DNA of 64,000 nt. Source: a virus (Duplodnaviria > Caudoviricetes). The stretch is from positions 43,955-107,954 of the IMG/VR virus record IMGVR_UViG_3300012344_000001; one strand, written 5' to 3'. The translations under genes and the position numbers were made by a program. The notes below the pieces were generated by a model. The model was not told the origin of the DNA. It made no database searches and saw only the letters and a program-made list of their open reading frames with translations. Shown piece by piece: positions 9,689-19,288 of this stretch. Position 1 is the first letter of the stretch. Each line of letters opens with the position of its first letter.

Positions 9689-10312
9689 ATGCTTGACGAT
9701 ATTGTGATTGACCTTAGCGGAATTGAGGGGCTGTTCGATAAGCACCTACCCGACCCCGACCTGCTTGAGTTTTATCGCAACTGCAACGACCGAATCGTTA
9801 TCTGGAATAACGGAATCGACGATTCGTTCTGTAGCATTGGTTATCAGATTATGCGTTACAACATGGAAGACAAGGGCAAGCCGGTCGAAGACCGCATTCC
9901 CATCAAGCTGTTCATCAACAGCAACGGTGGTGAAATTGACGCAACCTTCTACGTCATGGACATCATCGCGGCTTCTAAGACGCCGGTCTACACGATTGGC
10001 ATGAGCCGCTGCTATAGCGCAGGCGGACTGATTCTTATGGGCGGGCACAAACGCTTCATCTTCAAGAACACGAAGTTCCTGCTTCATGACGGCGCAGTTG
10101 GCGACGTAAATTCGATGGGTAAGTTCTCTGACCACGCGGACTTCGTCAAGGAAAGCGAAAAGCGCATGATGGCTTACGTCACCAGCCACACCAACATCAC
10201 CGAAAAGGAATATTCCGACAACTACCGTCGCGACTGGTATATGTTCGCCGATGAAATCATTGCGCGTGGCGTCGCCGACAAAATTATCGAAAGCGTGGAC
10301 GAAATCATCTAA
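9689..10312 (+). CDS. clpP: ClpP-like serine protease (S14 family)
   Basis: LFINSNGG, catalytic Ser in CYSAG, His in FLLHDG, RDWYMFADE, GVADKI. Confidence 0.85.
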   Translation: MLDDIVIDLSGIEGLFDKHLPDPDLLEFYRNCNDRIVIWNNGIDDSFCSIGYQIMRYNMEDKGKPVEDRIPIKLFINSNGGEIDATFYVMDIIAASKTPVYTIGMSRCYSAGGLILMGGHKRFIFKNTKFLLHDGAVGDVNSMGKFSDHADFVKESEKRMMAYVTSHTNITEKEYSDNYRRDWYMFADEIIARGVADKIIESVDEII

Positions 10313-10323
10313 GGAGACTGGTT

Positions 10324-11031
10324 ATGGCGGCAAGAAAGACACCTACAATGCAAGTTCACAAAAAGGACTGCCCTGAAACTTTGAAAGACCACCCCTTCTA
10401 CGGAATGGTCTTAGACGAAGAACAGGAGGCCTTTCGTGACGCGATTTGGGACAAAGACAAATTGATTGTCTTCTGTAATTCAAAGGCGGGAACCGGCAAG
10501 TCGACCGTGGCGGTTGGTACAGCCAACCTTTTGTATGAATACGGTCGCTACGATGGCATTATCGTCGTCATGTTTCCCTGTGAAGAAAATCGCCAAGGTT
10601 ATCTTCCCGGGTCAATTACCGAAAAGTCTGAAGTGTACTTTGAACCAATCAATCAGGCAATTATCAAGTGCAACCTTGACCCGATGCACGTCGTGAATGA
10701 CGAAAGCCTTGTGAACCTAAAGAACGGCGACGGTTACATCAAGCTTCTGACAAGCACATTCCTTCGCGGCACCAACTTTGAAAACAAGGTGGTTATCGTC
10801 GAGGAGTCGCAAAACGGGACGGTTGACGAATTAAAGAAAGTCCTTACGCGTTGTGCAGACACCTGCAAGGTGGTCGTCATTGGACACACGGGGCAGTGCG
10901 ACCTGCGCGGTAGCACCAGAAGCGGGTTCGCGCAGTACATCGACCATTTCAAGGGCGAAGACAAGGCGGCGATTTGCGAACTGAAGACTAATCATCGCGG
11001 CTGGATTTCGACCAAAGCTGACGAAATCTGA
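10324..11031 (+). CDS. phoH: PhoH-family ATPase
   Basis: AGTGKS, GYLPG, FLRGTNF, VEESQN, IGHTGQCD. Confidence 0.9.
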   Translation: MAARKTPTMQVHKKDCPETLKDHPFYGMVLDEEQEAFRDAIWDKDKLIVFCNSKAGTGKSTVAVGTANLLYEYGRYDGIIVVMFPCEENRQGYLPGSITEKSEVYFEPINQAIIKCNLDPMHVVNDESLVNLKNGDGYIKLLTSTFLRGTNFENKVVIVEESQNGTVDELKKVLTRCADTCKVVVIGHTGQCDLRGSTRSGFAQYIDHFKGEDKAAICELKTNHRGWISTKADEI

Positions 11032-11037
11032 AAAGAC

Positions 11038-11066
11038 TTGACAAAATGCAAAAAGCGTGCTATGAT
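11038..11066 (+). promoter_or_regulatory. Sigma-A type promoter
   Basis: TTGACA-17 nt-TATGAT with TG extension. Confidence 0.7.
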
Positions 11067-11448
11067 ATAAGCACGATAGGGAAAGGGGCTGGCAACAGCC
11101 CCGCCCAATAAAAATGAAACGAGGAAATAAAAATGATTGAACTTATCTTCTGCCTGCTTATCAATGCTATCTTCTTCCCGAACGGCTACAACGATTCGCA
11201 GTCGCGCGCGGCAAGCTACGGCGCCTACTGCGGCGCTAAGAAGGCCATTCGTCGCAGTTGCCGTTGAACGGGAGGTGTGAACATGGGAATGATTTTAGTT
11301 TTCATCATTGTTCCGATTCTGCTGTTCCGCGAAATCGACAAACAACAGCAGGTTGACGAAACCATCTTGAAGGCGCGCATGGCAGACGAAGAATTCAGAA
11401 AGCGCCTTCGCACAGAAGGCAAAACTCTGCTTTAAGGAGGATTCGCGC

Positions 11449-12039
11449 ATGTGGCTTATTACAAATGGCGCGGGCTACATACTACAAGACGAACGCGGCG
11501 TTTCGACCGTGGCTAATCCCGAGTTGGCACTCAAGTTTTCGGAACGGAGCAAAGCCGAGAACTTCTACGCCAATTTGTCGAAGTCGTTCAAGAACATCGG
11601 CTACGCAGTTCAGGAGGCTACTGACCGCGAACGCTACAGCGACATCAACTTTGACGAATATCTCGACGAGGGCTGCTTGGACAACATCAAGTCGGACATC
11701 GCGGGCATTCAAACGCTACTTCGCAAGGTGCTGCGTATGCGTGAACATGCACAGTCGGAACTGGCAAAGGCAGACGCGGCGCTACTCGACATCGAACACG
11801 CGGCGGAGTTCTATTCGCTGAATGCGGCACAGGGCTATCGCCTTTATCGGATGCTGCACGAAACGCGTCTGGAACGCAGACGTCGCAAAGACCAAATCGC
11901 GGTCTGCAATATCATTATCGACAGCGGCTTCGACGGGCTTCTGGATGGGACGACGCTGAAACGAATCGCAGGCATGGACAGCCGCGAATATAAGCCGCGC
12001 ATACTTCAGGAACTGTTCACGGAGGAAAGAAATGTCTGA
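11449..12039 (+). CDS. Conserved hypothetical phage protein
   Basis: 196 aa, SD AAGGAGG; DIEH..EF..LNAAQGY...RRRRKD...YKPRIL motif. Confidence 0.7.
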   Translation: MWLITNGAGYILQDERGVSTVANPELALKFSERSKAENFYANLSKSFKNIGYAVQEATDRERYSDINFDEYLDEGCLDNIKSDIAGIQTLLRKVLRMREHAQSELAKADAALLDIEHAAEFYSLNAAQGYRLYRMLHETRLERRRRKDQIAVCNIIIDSGFDGLLDGTTLKRIAGMDSREYKPRILQELFTEERNV

Positions 12040-13048
12040 CGCCGTATACCAAAACCACCCCATATCAACAGAAGTCGCGGTGGTACTTCAAAATCAAACA
12101 CTTGAAGAAAAAGAATTCATGTCGTTCGAAAAGATACTCGAATGGTATCGCGCATGGGGGGGGGCGTTGCTATGTGTCTTTCAGCGGCGGCAAAGATTCG
12201 ACCGTGCTCGCCTACTTGGTTGCAGACACGCTTACCGAAATCGGCGCGACCTGCCCGCTACACTTGGCGTTCTGCGACACGGGTCTTGAATATCCCGAAA
12301 ACCGCGAATTCGTGCGCTACTACGCCGACTGGCTGAAAGATCGTTTCACAACAATCAGCATCGAACTGCACATCCTTAAGCCCGAAATGAATTTCAAACA
12401 GGTCGTCACGCATTACGGCTATCCAGTCATCAGCAAGGAAGTTGCGCACCTTATCAAAGACGCGCGAAGCTGTCCGGGCGGCAAGTGCTATCAACGCCTT
12501 TTCGACAATAACAATACATCAATGATAGACTGGCGCAAATATGCCTACCTGCTTGACGCGCCGTTCAAGATTAGCCACCAGTGTTGCGACGTCATGAAGA
12601 AGCGTCCTTCAAAACGCTTCGAAAAAGAAACGGTCTACATCCCATTGTCGGAACGATGGCTTGCGAAAGCGTGATGCGCAAACAGAAGTGGAAGCGCGAA
12701 GGCTGCAACGCCTTCGAAGGGAAACGCCCAATATCTTCGCCAATGTCGTTTTGGAACGAACAGGATGTGCTAACGTTCATTCGCAAGTACAACATCCCAA
12801 TCAGCGCCGCCTATGGTGACGTGGTTGAAGAAGACGGCAAGCTTCGCACCACCGGCGCGGATAGGACGGGCTGCATGTTCTGCGCATTCGGCGCTACGAA
12901 GGACGACCGCTTCTGCCGACTGGCGCACACGCACCCGACGCAGTTTGCTTGGATGATGAAGCCGGTGGAACAGGGCGGGCTTGGAATGAAAGCGGTTCTT
13001 GACTATATAGGCGCGAAATATGAAGAAAGTGACGGGGACGGACACTAA
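12032..13048 (+). pseudogene. PAPS-reductase-family protein broken by two frameshifts
   Basis: Three consecutive frames carry SFSGGKDS, DTGLEYPE, GYPVISK, CCDVMKK, IVGTMACES, RTGCMFC; shifts at the G9 tract 12156-12164 and near 12632. Confidence 0.8.
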
Positions 13049-13391
13049 AACCCGCCCCCCCTACGGCGATGAAGATTATCATTGGGAAGTTTGACGAAGC
13101 TGGCGAACCGGTCTGGTTCGAAGTGGAAACGGATGTTTGGAAGGACAAAGAAGGACGGTGGAAGGAATTTGAAGTATTACAAGAAGTCTGAACTGGTTGT
13201 TGCGCATCGTTGCGACACGTATAATGGCGTCGATGAAAACGGTGGTCGTTGATGGATGTGTTGTGAAATATGGCGACTTTATCGTTATGAAAGAATTCGG
13301 AACAGACTTTCGTACAGGATGGTCTAAGTGGAATAATTGGAATGGCATGTGAAAATTAGCCCAGTGTGTGAAAAAAATTACCCCTACCCTT

Positions 13392-13420
13392 CAAACGTAC
13401 CAAACGTACCAAACATTCCA
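13392..13420 (+). repeat. Tandem 9-mer (CAAACGTAC x2, CAAACATTC)
   Basis: Seen directly; a related array lies at 15545-15610. Confidence 0.8.
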
Positions 13421-13548
13421 TAACCGCCCCCTGCATAAAAATACACGCGCCATGCATATACACGGCGCGTGCATAATTATTCAGCCGTCGAGCTTGTGCA
13501 AAATGCACATAACGCCATAGGCAAAGCCCGCCGAAATGATCCACACCA

Positions 13549-13875
13549 TCATAATACCACCTCGGGAAACGTTGCGCTAAAATGCGCTTGCAAGCGTTGC
13601 CAAAGTTCCGCGCCGTCATCGTGACGGCGGATAAACAGCGCGAACAAAAGCGGAACGGCGCGATACTGTGCCATGCGATAAGCTACCACATCAAGCGGCT
13701 TGCTTCGCGCCGTGATGGTCACGCCGTCACGCGTTGCCGTCAGCGTTTGCCCCGCTTTGCCTTGCGTCATCTGGAACCAATCAAAAATAATGCGACTTGC
13801 AATTAACTGTTGTTCTTTGACGGTCAGCGCGGGCATTAAAGCCCGCGCCGCCGTTTTAACCGTGCTACAATCCAT
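13549..13875 (-). CDS. Hypothetical protein
   Basis: ORF downstream of the DUF262 gene, SD GGGGA. Confidence 0.5.
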   Translation of the reverse strand: MDCSTVKTAARALMPALTVKEQQLIASRIIFDWFQMTQGKAGQTLTATRDGVTITARSKPLDVVAYRMAQYRAVPLLFALFIRRHDDGAELWQRLQAHFSATFPEVVL

Positions 13876-13892
13876 TTTGCACCGTCCCCGCG

Positions 13893-15053
13893 TTACATAC
13901 CTAACGCCGCTGCAAGTGCGCTTGTATCGCATCCTAACGCCTTTTCCGTGGCATTGTCGCTTGCCTTTGTCGCGGCATCCTTTTCAGCGTCCGCGAAAAT
14001 GTCGCGGTTATAATCGCCTTCGCCGTCAAGAAAATATTTGACAGCGTCAAAGCGTCGCGCCGTATCAATCAGCGAACCGGACGAACCCGCACCAGTGGGA
14101 ATTGCGACCGCCTTTTTCAAGCGTCCTTTGCCATCTTCGCGGCTCGGCTGATAGGTACCGCCTTTAGTCCAGACAAGCGCATCTGCAAATAGCGCAATAA
14201 CATCCATCGCGTCATAGTCATCGGCGACCGCTTGCACAAGGCTAATGAAATTGTTTTTCTTGCGAACCGTGCCGAGCGCACGCCGTGCCGCCTTTGCGCG
14301 TGCCTTTGCGACCTTTGCCGCCGTCTTTTCATCCGCGAAAACTTCCGCGCCATCAATGCCATGCGTGCCATCCTTTGCGATATCGTCAAGCACTAACAAC
14401 GCCGCCGCGATACGGTCAAGAACGTTTAACGCCTTTGCCTTTGCTTCATCATCGACCGCTTCGGCGTTGTCCTTGAGCCATTTTTCTGTTGCCTTGGTGG
14501 ATGATTCGACAAACGACCAACCCGCGCAAATCGCAAGCGCAGATGCCGCAAACGCGGCTTTTTCCGTTCTGCCGTTCTGAATGGCTGACCATGGAATAAG
14601 GTTGAGCGCGTTATGTTCCGCACACGCAAGCAACGCCCTACCCGCTACGCCGTCAAGACTAACCGCCGTCACAAGCGCGCTACCAACGGGACATCCGATA
14701 TTCAGCACGCGAAACGCATCTTCGCCCGTGCGCCCGTTGTCAACCGCCGTTATAATCGGCGTATCTTTCGGCATCGTGCCATTTGCGACCGCATCGCGGA
14801 TACTACGCCCGCGCTGTTGACCGTCAATAATAACAAGCCGCTTTTCGCCCGTTTCGGGGTCAACTTCGACCGCAAACACGATAGGCGGCACATACAAGCC
14901 GCTCAGGATGTCCGCTACAAGCGCATCGCGCTTTTCCTGTGACCATTGATCACACCCGCGGATGGATTGATAGATGGGCAAACTGTCCATTGCTTTTGCG
15001 ACCATTTCCGCGCTATTGACTTCGATTGTAAAATTCTTGTTTTCAATTTTCAT
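13893..15053 (-). CDS. DUF262 / ParB-superfamily N-terminal domain protein
   Basis: QWSQEKRDALVADILSGLYVPPIVF...IIDGQQR. Confidence 0.75.
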   Translation of the reverse strand: MKIENKNFTIEVNSAEMVAKAMDSLPIYQSIRGCDQWSQEKRDALVADILSGLYVPPIVFAVEVDPETGEKRLVIIDGQQRGRSIRDAVANGTMPKDTPIITAVDNGRTGEDAFRVLNIGCPVGSALVTAVSLDGVAGRALLACAEHNALNLIPWSAIQNGRTEKAAFAASALAICAGWSFVESSTKATEKWLKDNAEAVDDEAKAKALNVLDRIAAALLVLDDIAKDGTHGIDGAEVFADEKTAAKVAKARAKAARRALGTVRKKNNFISLVQAVADDYDAMDVIALFADALVWTKGGTYQPSREDGKGRLKKAVAIPTGAGSSGSLIDTARRFDAVKYFLDGEGDYNRDIFADAEKDAATKASDNATEKALGCDTSALAAALGM

Positions 15054-15088
15054 TTTTTTTGTTCCCCTTTTCAATTTTAATTTTTAAT

Positions 15089-15104
15089 TGTTTCACGTGA
15101 AACA
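15089..15104. promoter_or_regulatory. Perfect parS-consensus palindrome
   Basis: TGTTTCACGTGAAACA. Confidence 0.75.
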
Positions 15105-15193
15105 TTTTTTGTTGCCCTTGCCTATTTCCTCCGATGCAAGTACTTGACGCGCGTCATGCACATTTAACCGCGCTTGCATCGGATTCTGCGAGG

Positions 15194-15211
15194 ATTCAGT
15201 TTTCAAGGTTC
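15194..15211 (-). promoter_or_regulatory. boxA-like antitermination element
   Basis: GAACCTTGAAAACTGAAT in the long leader; resembles Firmicutes rrn boxA. Confidence 0.45.
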
Positions 15212-15466
15212 ACGCGCCTGACCTACGCACGGCACTTTACTTGACTAAAGCACCCTATCATTCAGCCGTCCCCTTCCTGTTCGGCTACGCCGATTTTACC
15301 ATACCAATTATGAACAAGTCATGAACAAACTGTGAACAAATTGTGAACATTTTCAAGCGTGGAAAAACCGCGCTATATACATTATATATATAAAACGTCC
15401 CGCACGCCGCGCTTGCCATGTCCAGCGTTGCTATTAAAAAAACTAATCGTTTTCCCTTATGCTATT

Positions 15467-15495
15467 ATTATATCGCATCCATGTAGTTTTGTCAA
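15467..15495 (-). promoter_or_regulatory. Sigma-A type promoter
   Basis: TTGACA-17 nt-TATAAT. Confidence 0.75.
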
Positions 15496-15544
15496 GCATT
15501 TCAGGAATCGTTCACTTTTCCGAATATGACGGATTGCACAAATA

Positions 15545-15610
15545 CCAAACGTATGGTACATTCCGAATGTTCCGAATGTCCGGCACGTTCCAAACGTTCC
15601 AAACATTCCA
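15545..15610 (+). repeat. Degenerate tandem 9-mer array (CAAACGTTC / CGAATGTTC)
   Basis: Seen directly; same orientation as 13392-13420. Confidence 0.75.
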
Positions 15611-15941
15611 GACAACCCCGATGCCTGGTTTTTTCCGCCGCCGTCCCTATATTCCAGCGCCAAAAAGTTGACCATCGGCGCTATATTGCGTCTGCGAAAA
15701 GTTGACAGCAGCAGAAGAAGGAACATTGTTGCCGCCGCGAAGCAAGGCAACATACATATTATATATATAATGTATAGTTACCGTTCGGGGCGAATCAGTT
15801 CAGCCCAGAAGCAAGCGAAGGCGCAGCCAAACAGGAACACCACAAGCCAAATCACAGGGTCATTCGTGGGCGCAACACGCAATACCCAGCCGCCCGCAAA
15901 TGCGCTTAGAAGCGCGCCTAACGCACACAACACACGCACCA

Positions 15942-16241
15942 TTACAGGTTACCTCCAGCCAGCTCGAACGCCGTTGTGGGGCGTTCCTGCGCCTTGTAGA
16001 CGCCTTCTACGACGTCTAACATATACAGATAGCGGTCACCAGCAGCAGTTTCGGCATAGCCGTGTTCAATCAGCACACGGTCGTGCGCACATTCAGCAAG
16101 GTCTTGCGGAACACACTTCCACCAGCCGACAATCTTCACATCAAGTGTGCCAGCAGCATTGGTACGAATGGTGAACCCAGCGTGAAGCAGGTTCAGGGCA
16201 AGAACGTCAATCGGGTTCTTATCAGCAGCATTGTAAATCAT
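15942..16241 (-). CDS. Hypothetical protein
   Basis: MIYNAADKN... after SD AAGGAG. Confidence 0.55.
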   Translation of the reverse strand: MIYNAADKNPIDVLALNLLHAGFTIRTNAAGTLDVKIVGWWKCVPQDLAECAHDRVLIEHGYAETAAGDRYLYMLDVVEGVYKAQERPTTAFELAGGNL

Positions 16242-16278
16242 ATTAGCACTCCTTATATATATAATGTATATCACCGCG

Positions 16279-16488
16279 TTAACTGCGATATGTATTCGGC
16301 TTGAACTGGTAGCTACGATGATGTTCAAACACTACCTTGCCATTGGTCATGTCCAGCACTTCGCAGTAGGTTACACCCTTCTGCTTTATAATGCTGGCGG
16401 CAATACACTTTGCCATCACGTCGCCGTAGTATTCGCTTGTTGTTGTTTGTCCGTCTTGGTAGACGGTCAGCAGCCTATAACGCTTCAT
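16279..16488 (-). CDS. Hypothetical protein
   Basis: 69 aa after SD AAGGAG. Confidence 0.55.
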   Translation of the reverse strand: MKRYRLLTVYQDGQTTTSEYYGDVMAKCIAASIIKQKGVTYCEVLDMTNGKVVFEHHRSYQFKPNTYRS

Positions 16489-16639
16489 ATTGCACTCCTT
16501 CTGTTGGGAAGAATCTTTGTTCCGTTAGGAATAAATGGTTCTTTCCAACCATTTTGTCAACCAACAGTTGCATTTCACCAGAAGAAGAAGTATTTCCCCT
16601 TCGTTAGTATTATAGTAGCATATTTATCATAATTTGTCA

Positions 16640-17138
16640 AGAAAATTATAGATTTATTGTAGATTTTCTATAATTACAGGGAAAAATCATAAATATTTCA
16701 TCTTTTTTTCAAGACCCATAGATTTTCCCATAGATTTTTCACCAACATTCCAACCTACTACGATTGTCGTAGAAAATCCCTATAGATTATTTCCCTTTAT
16801 ATTTCACCCATAGATTATTCTGTCAAATTCTTCTATTGTTGTCTTTCCCCGCAACGATTTTTCAATTCCCGCCAACAACGTCTGGAAGTCCGTCATAATC
16901 TACTTGCCAGCGAAAATCAATCCACCGCCAACACCCTAATTGAATCATTCAACCCTATTAAAGTATAGCATAGAATCATTCTGTTAAGAATGATTGTATG
17001 CCAACAGTAAGTTACTACCTGAATAATTCCACACTATACAAAAGTACATAAAAGTAGATAAAAGTATAGCCTTGAATCATTCGGGTAGGTACACCCCGAA
17101 TGATTCGGGTAGCACCTACTTGAATTATTCGGGTAGGG
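16640..17138. repeat. Probable replication origin: AT-rich tract, CCCATAGATT repeats, GAATNATTC iterons
   Basis: GAATNATTCGGGTAG at 17074, 17098, 17122 (24-nt period); further GAATNATT at about 16942, 16973, 16988, 17021; AAAGTA 10-mers at 17041-17070. Confidence 0.6.
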
Positions 17139-17139
17139 A

Positions 17140-17814
17140 TTATCCAAAATCATCAAATAAATGCTTGTATTTTGCGTACTTGCCGTCCTTGTTTAAGCGG
17201 TCAAGTTCATCATACATCGCTATTGTTGTTCTTTGTCCTTTTAGGCGGTTATGTAATTCATTCATCAACAATTCGACTTCTTCATCGTTCAATTTCCTGA
17301 TGATTGCTTTCTTTTCGTCTATATTTCGCGCGCCAATATATTCATCAACGGGAATCTTGGGCTTAAATGAATCAAGATATTTTTCACGTTCTTCTTTGAA
17401 GTTCGGATATAGATTCTTTGGATTTTTTAGCTTGCCGCTTTTTAATTCCACGTCGTTTATAATATATACGCTTGGTCTGACAGTCCCCTTCTTGACATCT
17501 TTCCCGCCTTTTTGTAGGCACGTTAAATAGCCAGCGATAGAAAGCATATCAAGACAGTTGCCGATCGTATCTTCGCCGATGCCAGTTTCGCGAGAAAGTA
17601 GGTTGTGCGTTATTGTTGATGTTTTTTGTTGGTTGTTTCTGTGCGCGACCGTCATGATATAGACTAAGGCGCACGTTGCGCTATATTCATTTGAAATACG
17701 CCTGACCGCATTAAGCGCAGGACGCGCTTCACCAGAATTAAATCCGGTGTGGTCGATTTCATCAAACTTCTTATACTTTTCGCCATACTCGTAACGAAAC
17801 TTTCCTATTGCCAT
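17140..17814 (-). CDS. Winged-HTH protein, candidate replication initiator
   Basis: HNLLSRETGIGEDTIGNCLDMLSIAGYL HTH pattern; adjacent iterons. Confidence 0.55.
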   Translation of the reverse strand: MAIGKFRYEYGEKYKKFDEIDHTGFNSGEARPALNAVRRISNEYSATCALVYIMTVAHRNNQQKTSTITHNLLSRETGIGEDTIGNCLDMLSIAGYLTCLQKGGKDVKKGTVRPSVYIINDVELKSGKLKNPKNLYPNFKEEREKYLDSFKPKIPVDEYIGARNIDEKKAIIRKLNDEEVELLMNELHNRLKGQRTTIAMYDELDRLNKDGKYAKYKHLFDDFG

Positions 17815-17846
17815 AATAAAAACCTCATTTCAAGAAATATATAACA

Positions 17847-18011
17847 TCAAGAACGTTTCTTCCATTCTTCCCAAACGGTTTTCGTTTCGTCGATGTTAAA
17901 CACAAATCCAATCTTGTCATATCTGTCAGAATAGATAATTCTAAGAGGCCAGACGCCATTCTTCATGTAAAATTTCGCCTGTTCGACATAATAGATAATG
18001 ATTGTTTTCAT
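17847..18011 (-). CDS. Small hypothetical protein (54 aa)
   Basis: MKTIIIYYVEQAKFYMKNGV...GFVF...WEEWKKRS; below ORF-track cutoff. Confidence 0.5.
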   Translation of the reverse strand: MKTIIIYYVEQAKFYMKNGVWPLRIIYSDRYDKIGFVFNIDETKTVWEEWKKRS

Positions 18012-18148
18012 TGTTGTACCCCTATAAAATTATTGGTGTTTTCCACCTTGCTTATATTATAGCATATTCCCGCGCTGTTGTCAACCAGTGAATTGTAAAC
18101 ATTTTATTAACAATAGCGGGCAAACTTTCGTCCACCCGCCATGTTTGT

Positions 18149-18568
18149 TTAGCTGAACAGCTTGCTGAAAAAGCCTTTCTTTTTACCAGCGTTCTTTGCA
18201 ATGGCTACATAATTCTTTCGCCATCTTTCATAACGGCTAAAGTCGTCGCAAAGCCGTTCAATTTCTTTTTCATCCCAAGCAACATCAAAATAAAGAGTGC
18301 AATATTCGTCGCTTGTTATCGAAACAAAAAATCCAAGGTTTTCAAAGTAGTGTTTCAAGAAGTCCCAATCAATATCGTCCGCGTCGTTCGCGTCATCCGT
18401 GTACCAATATCCCCTTCCGTGTTCTGCCGCTTCTTTGATTTTGCCTTCAAAGTACGGAATCTTTTCTTCGGTACGCTTCCTGCGTTCTTCGCGCCGCGCG
18501 GCATTTTTTGCGTTTTCAGCTTTAACGCCATCTTCCTGAATACTGCGAATTTCATCAATGTTAATCAT
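18149..18568 (-). CDS. Hypothetical protein
   Basis: MINIDEIR... after SD AAGGGG. Confidence 0.6.
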   Translation of the reverse strand: MINIDEIRSIQEDGVKAENAKNAARREERRKRTEEKIPYFEGKIKEAAEHGRGYWYTDDANDADDIDWDFLKHYFENLGFFVSITSDEYCTLYFDVAWDEKEIERLCDDFSRYERWRKNYVAIAKNAGKKKGFFSKLFS

Positions 18569-18581
18569 GATTGTACCCCTT

Positions 18582-18794
18582 TTAGAAATATAGATAATCA
18601 AAGATAAGAACAATAAGTGGCAGTATAAGAATGGAATACAAAACAACAATCGCGATGTTGATGTATTTCATGATTTTTGGTGTTTCCCGACCAAGCATGG
18701 CGCATACGAACTTGAAGATAAAGCTTGCAACGGCCAATGCCACTACACACATAACGGCTGGTGCATAATACGGGTTGCTAACAATATTGGCCAT
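18582..18794 (-). CDS. Small membrane protein
   Basis: Two hydrophobic stretches. Confidence 0.55.
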   Translation of the reverse strand: MANIVSNPYYAPAVMCVVALAVASFIFKFVCAMLGRETPKIMKYINIAIVVLYSILILPLIVLIFDYLYF

Positions 18795-18795
18795 G

Positions 18796-19038
18796 TTACA
18801 CCACCCTTGCTTTTTCCGTCATAAATTCCTTGGCGTAGTTTTCGCCATATTCGTTCTTCATAATGTCGTCGTAGACTCTGAACGCTGGCGTAAGTTTCAT
18901 GTATTTATAGTGCTTTCGTGCTTCTTTCAACAGCATGTCTGCTGGTGCTAAACTACAGCCATATTCTTCAAGCGGACAGTCCGCGCATCGCCGTCTAAGA
19001 CAAGCCGCTTCAAACAGAAGGTGCTTGTTCATATTCAC
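18796..19038 (-). CDS. Cys-rich small protein, tail ARVV
   Basis: C-x4-CADCPL; C-terminal tail motif. Confidence 0.7.
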   Translation of the reverse strand: MNMNKHLLFEAACLRRRCADCPLEEYGCSLAPADMLLKEARKHYKYMKLTPAFRVYDDIMKNEYGENYAKEFMTEKARVV

Positions 19039-19286
19039 ACCACCTTCGCCTGCTTGATGATTGCCCGAACCACTTCTTCGGGAAACAGCTTTGGATTTTC
19101 GCGCACCACCCGTTCAATCGCCGCTTCTGCCGCCTTGTGTGTCGGGTCGTGATGCGATAGGCATAGAAAATTCGACGTGCCATCTTCTGCGAATTTCAGC
19201 TTGTAAAGCGGACAGCCGTAGCAGGTTGCGTCTTTAGACATTTTACAACACGTCCACAGCGCCTTGTTAAAAATTCTATCTTTCAT
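19035..19286 (-). CDS. Cys-rich small protein, tail AKVV
   Basis: CYGCPL. Confidence 0.7.
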   Translation of the reverse strand: MKDRIFNKALWTCCKMSKDATCYGCPLYKLKFAEDGTSNFLCLSHHDPTHKAAEAAIERVVRENPKLFPEEVVRAIIKQAKVV

Positions 19287-19288
19287 GG

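Noticed and set aside
13020-13352. Short plus-strand ORF fragments after the PAPS-reductase gene
   Set aside because: Fragmented, with no recognisable motif; I cannot fix the boundaries.
16640-17138. CRISPR array (also considered for the 9-mer arrays and the Cas4-like gene)
   Set aside because: Repeats are too short, lack 30-40 nt unique spacers, and the Cas4-like nuclease sits in the replication/recombination module.
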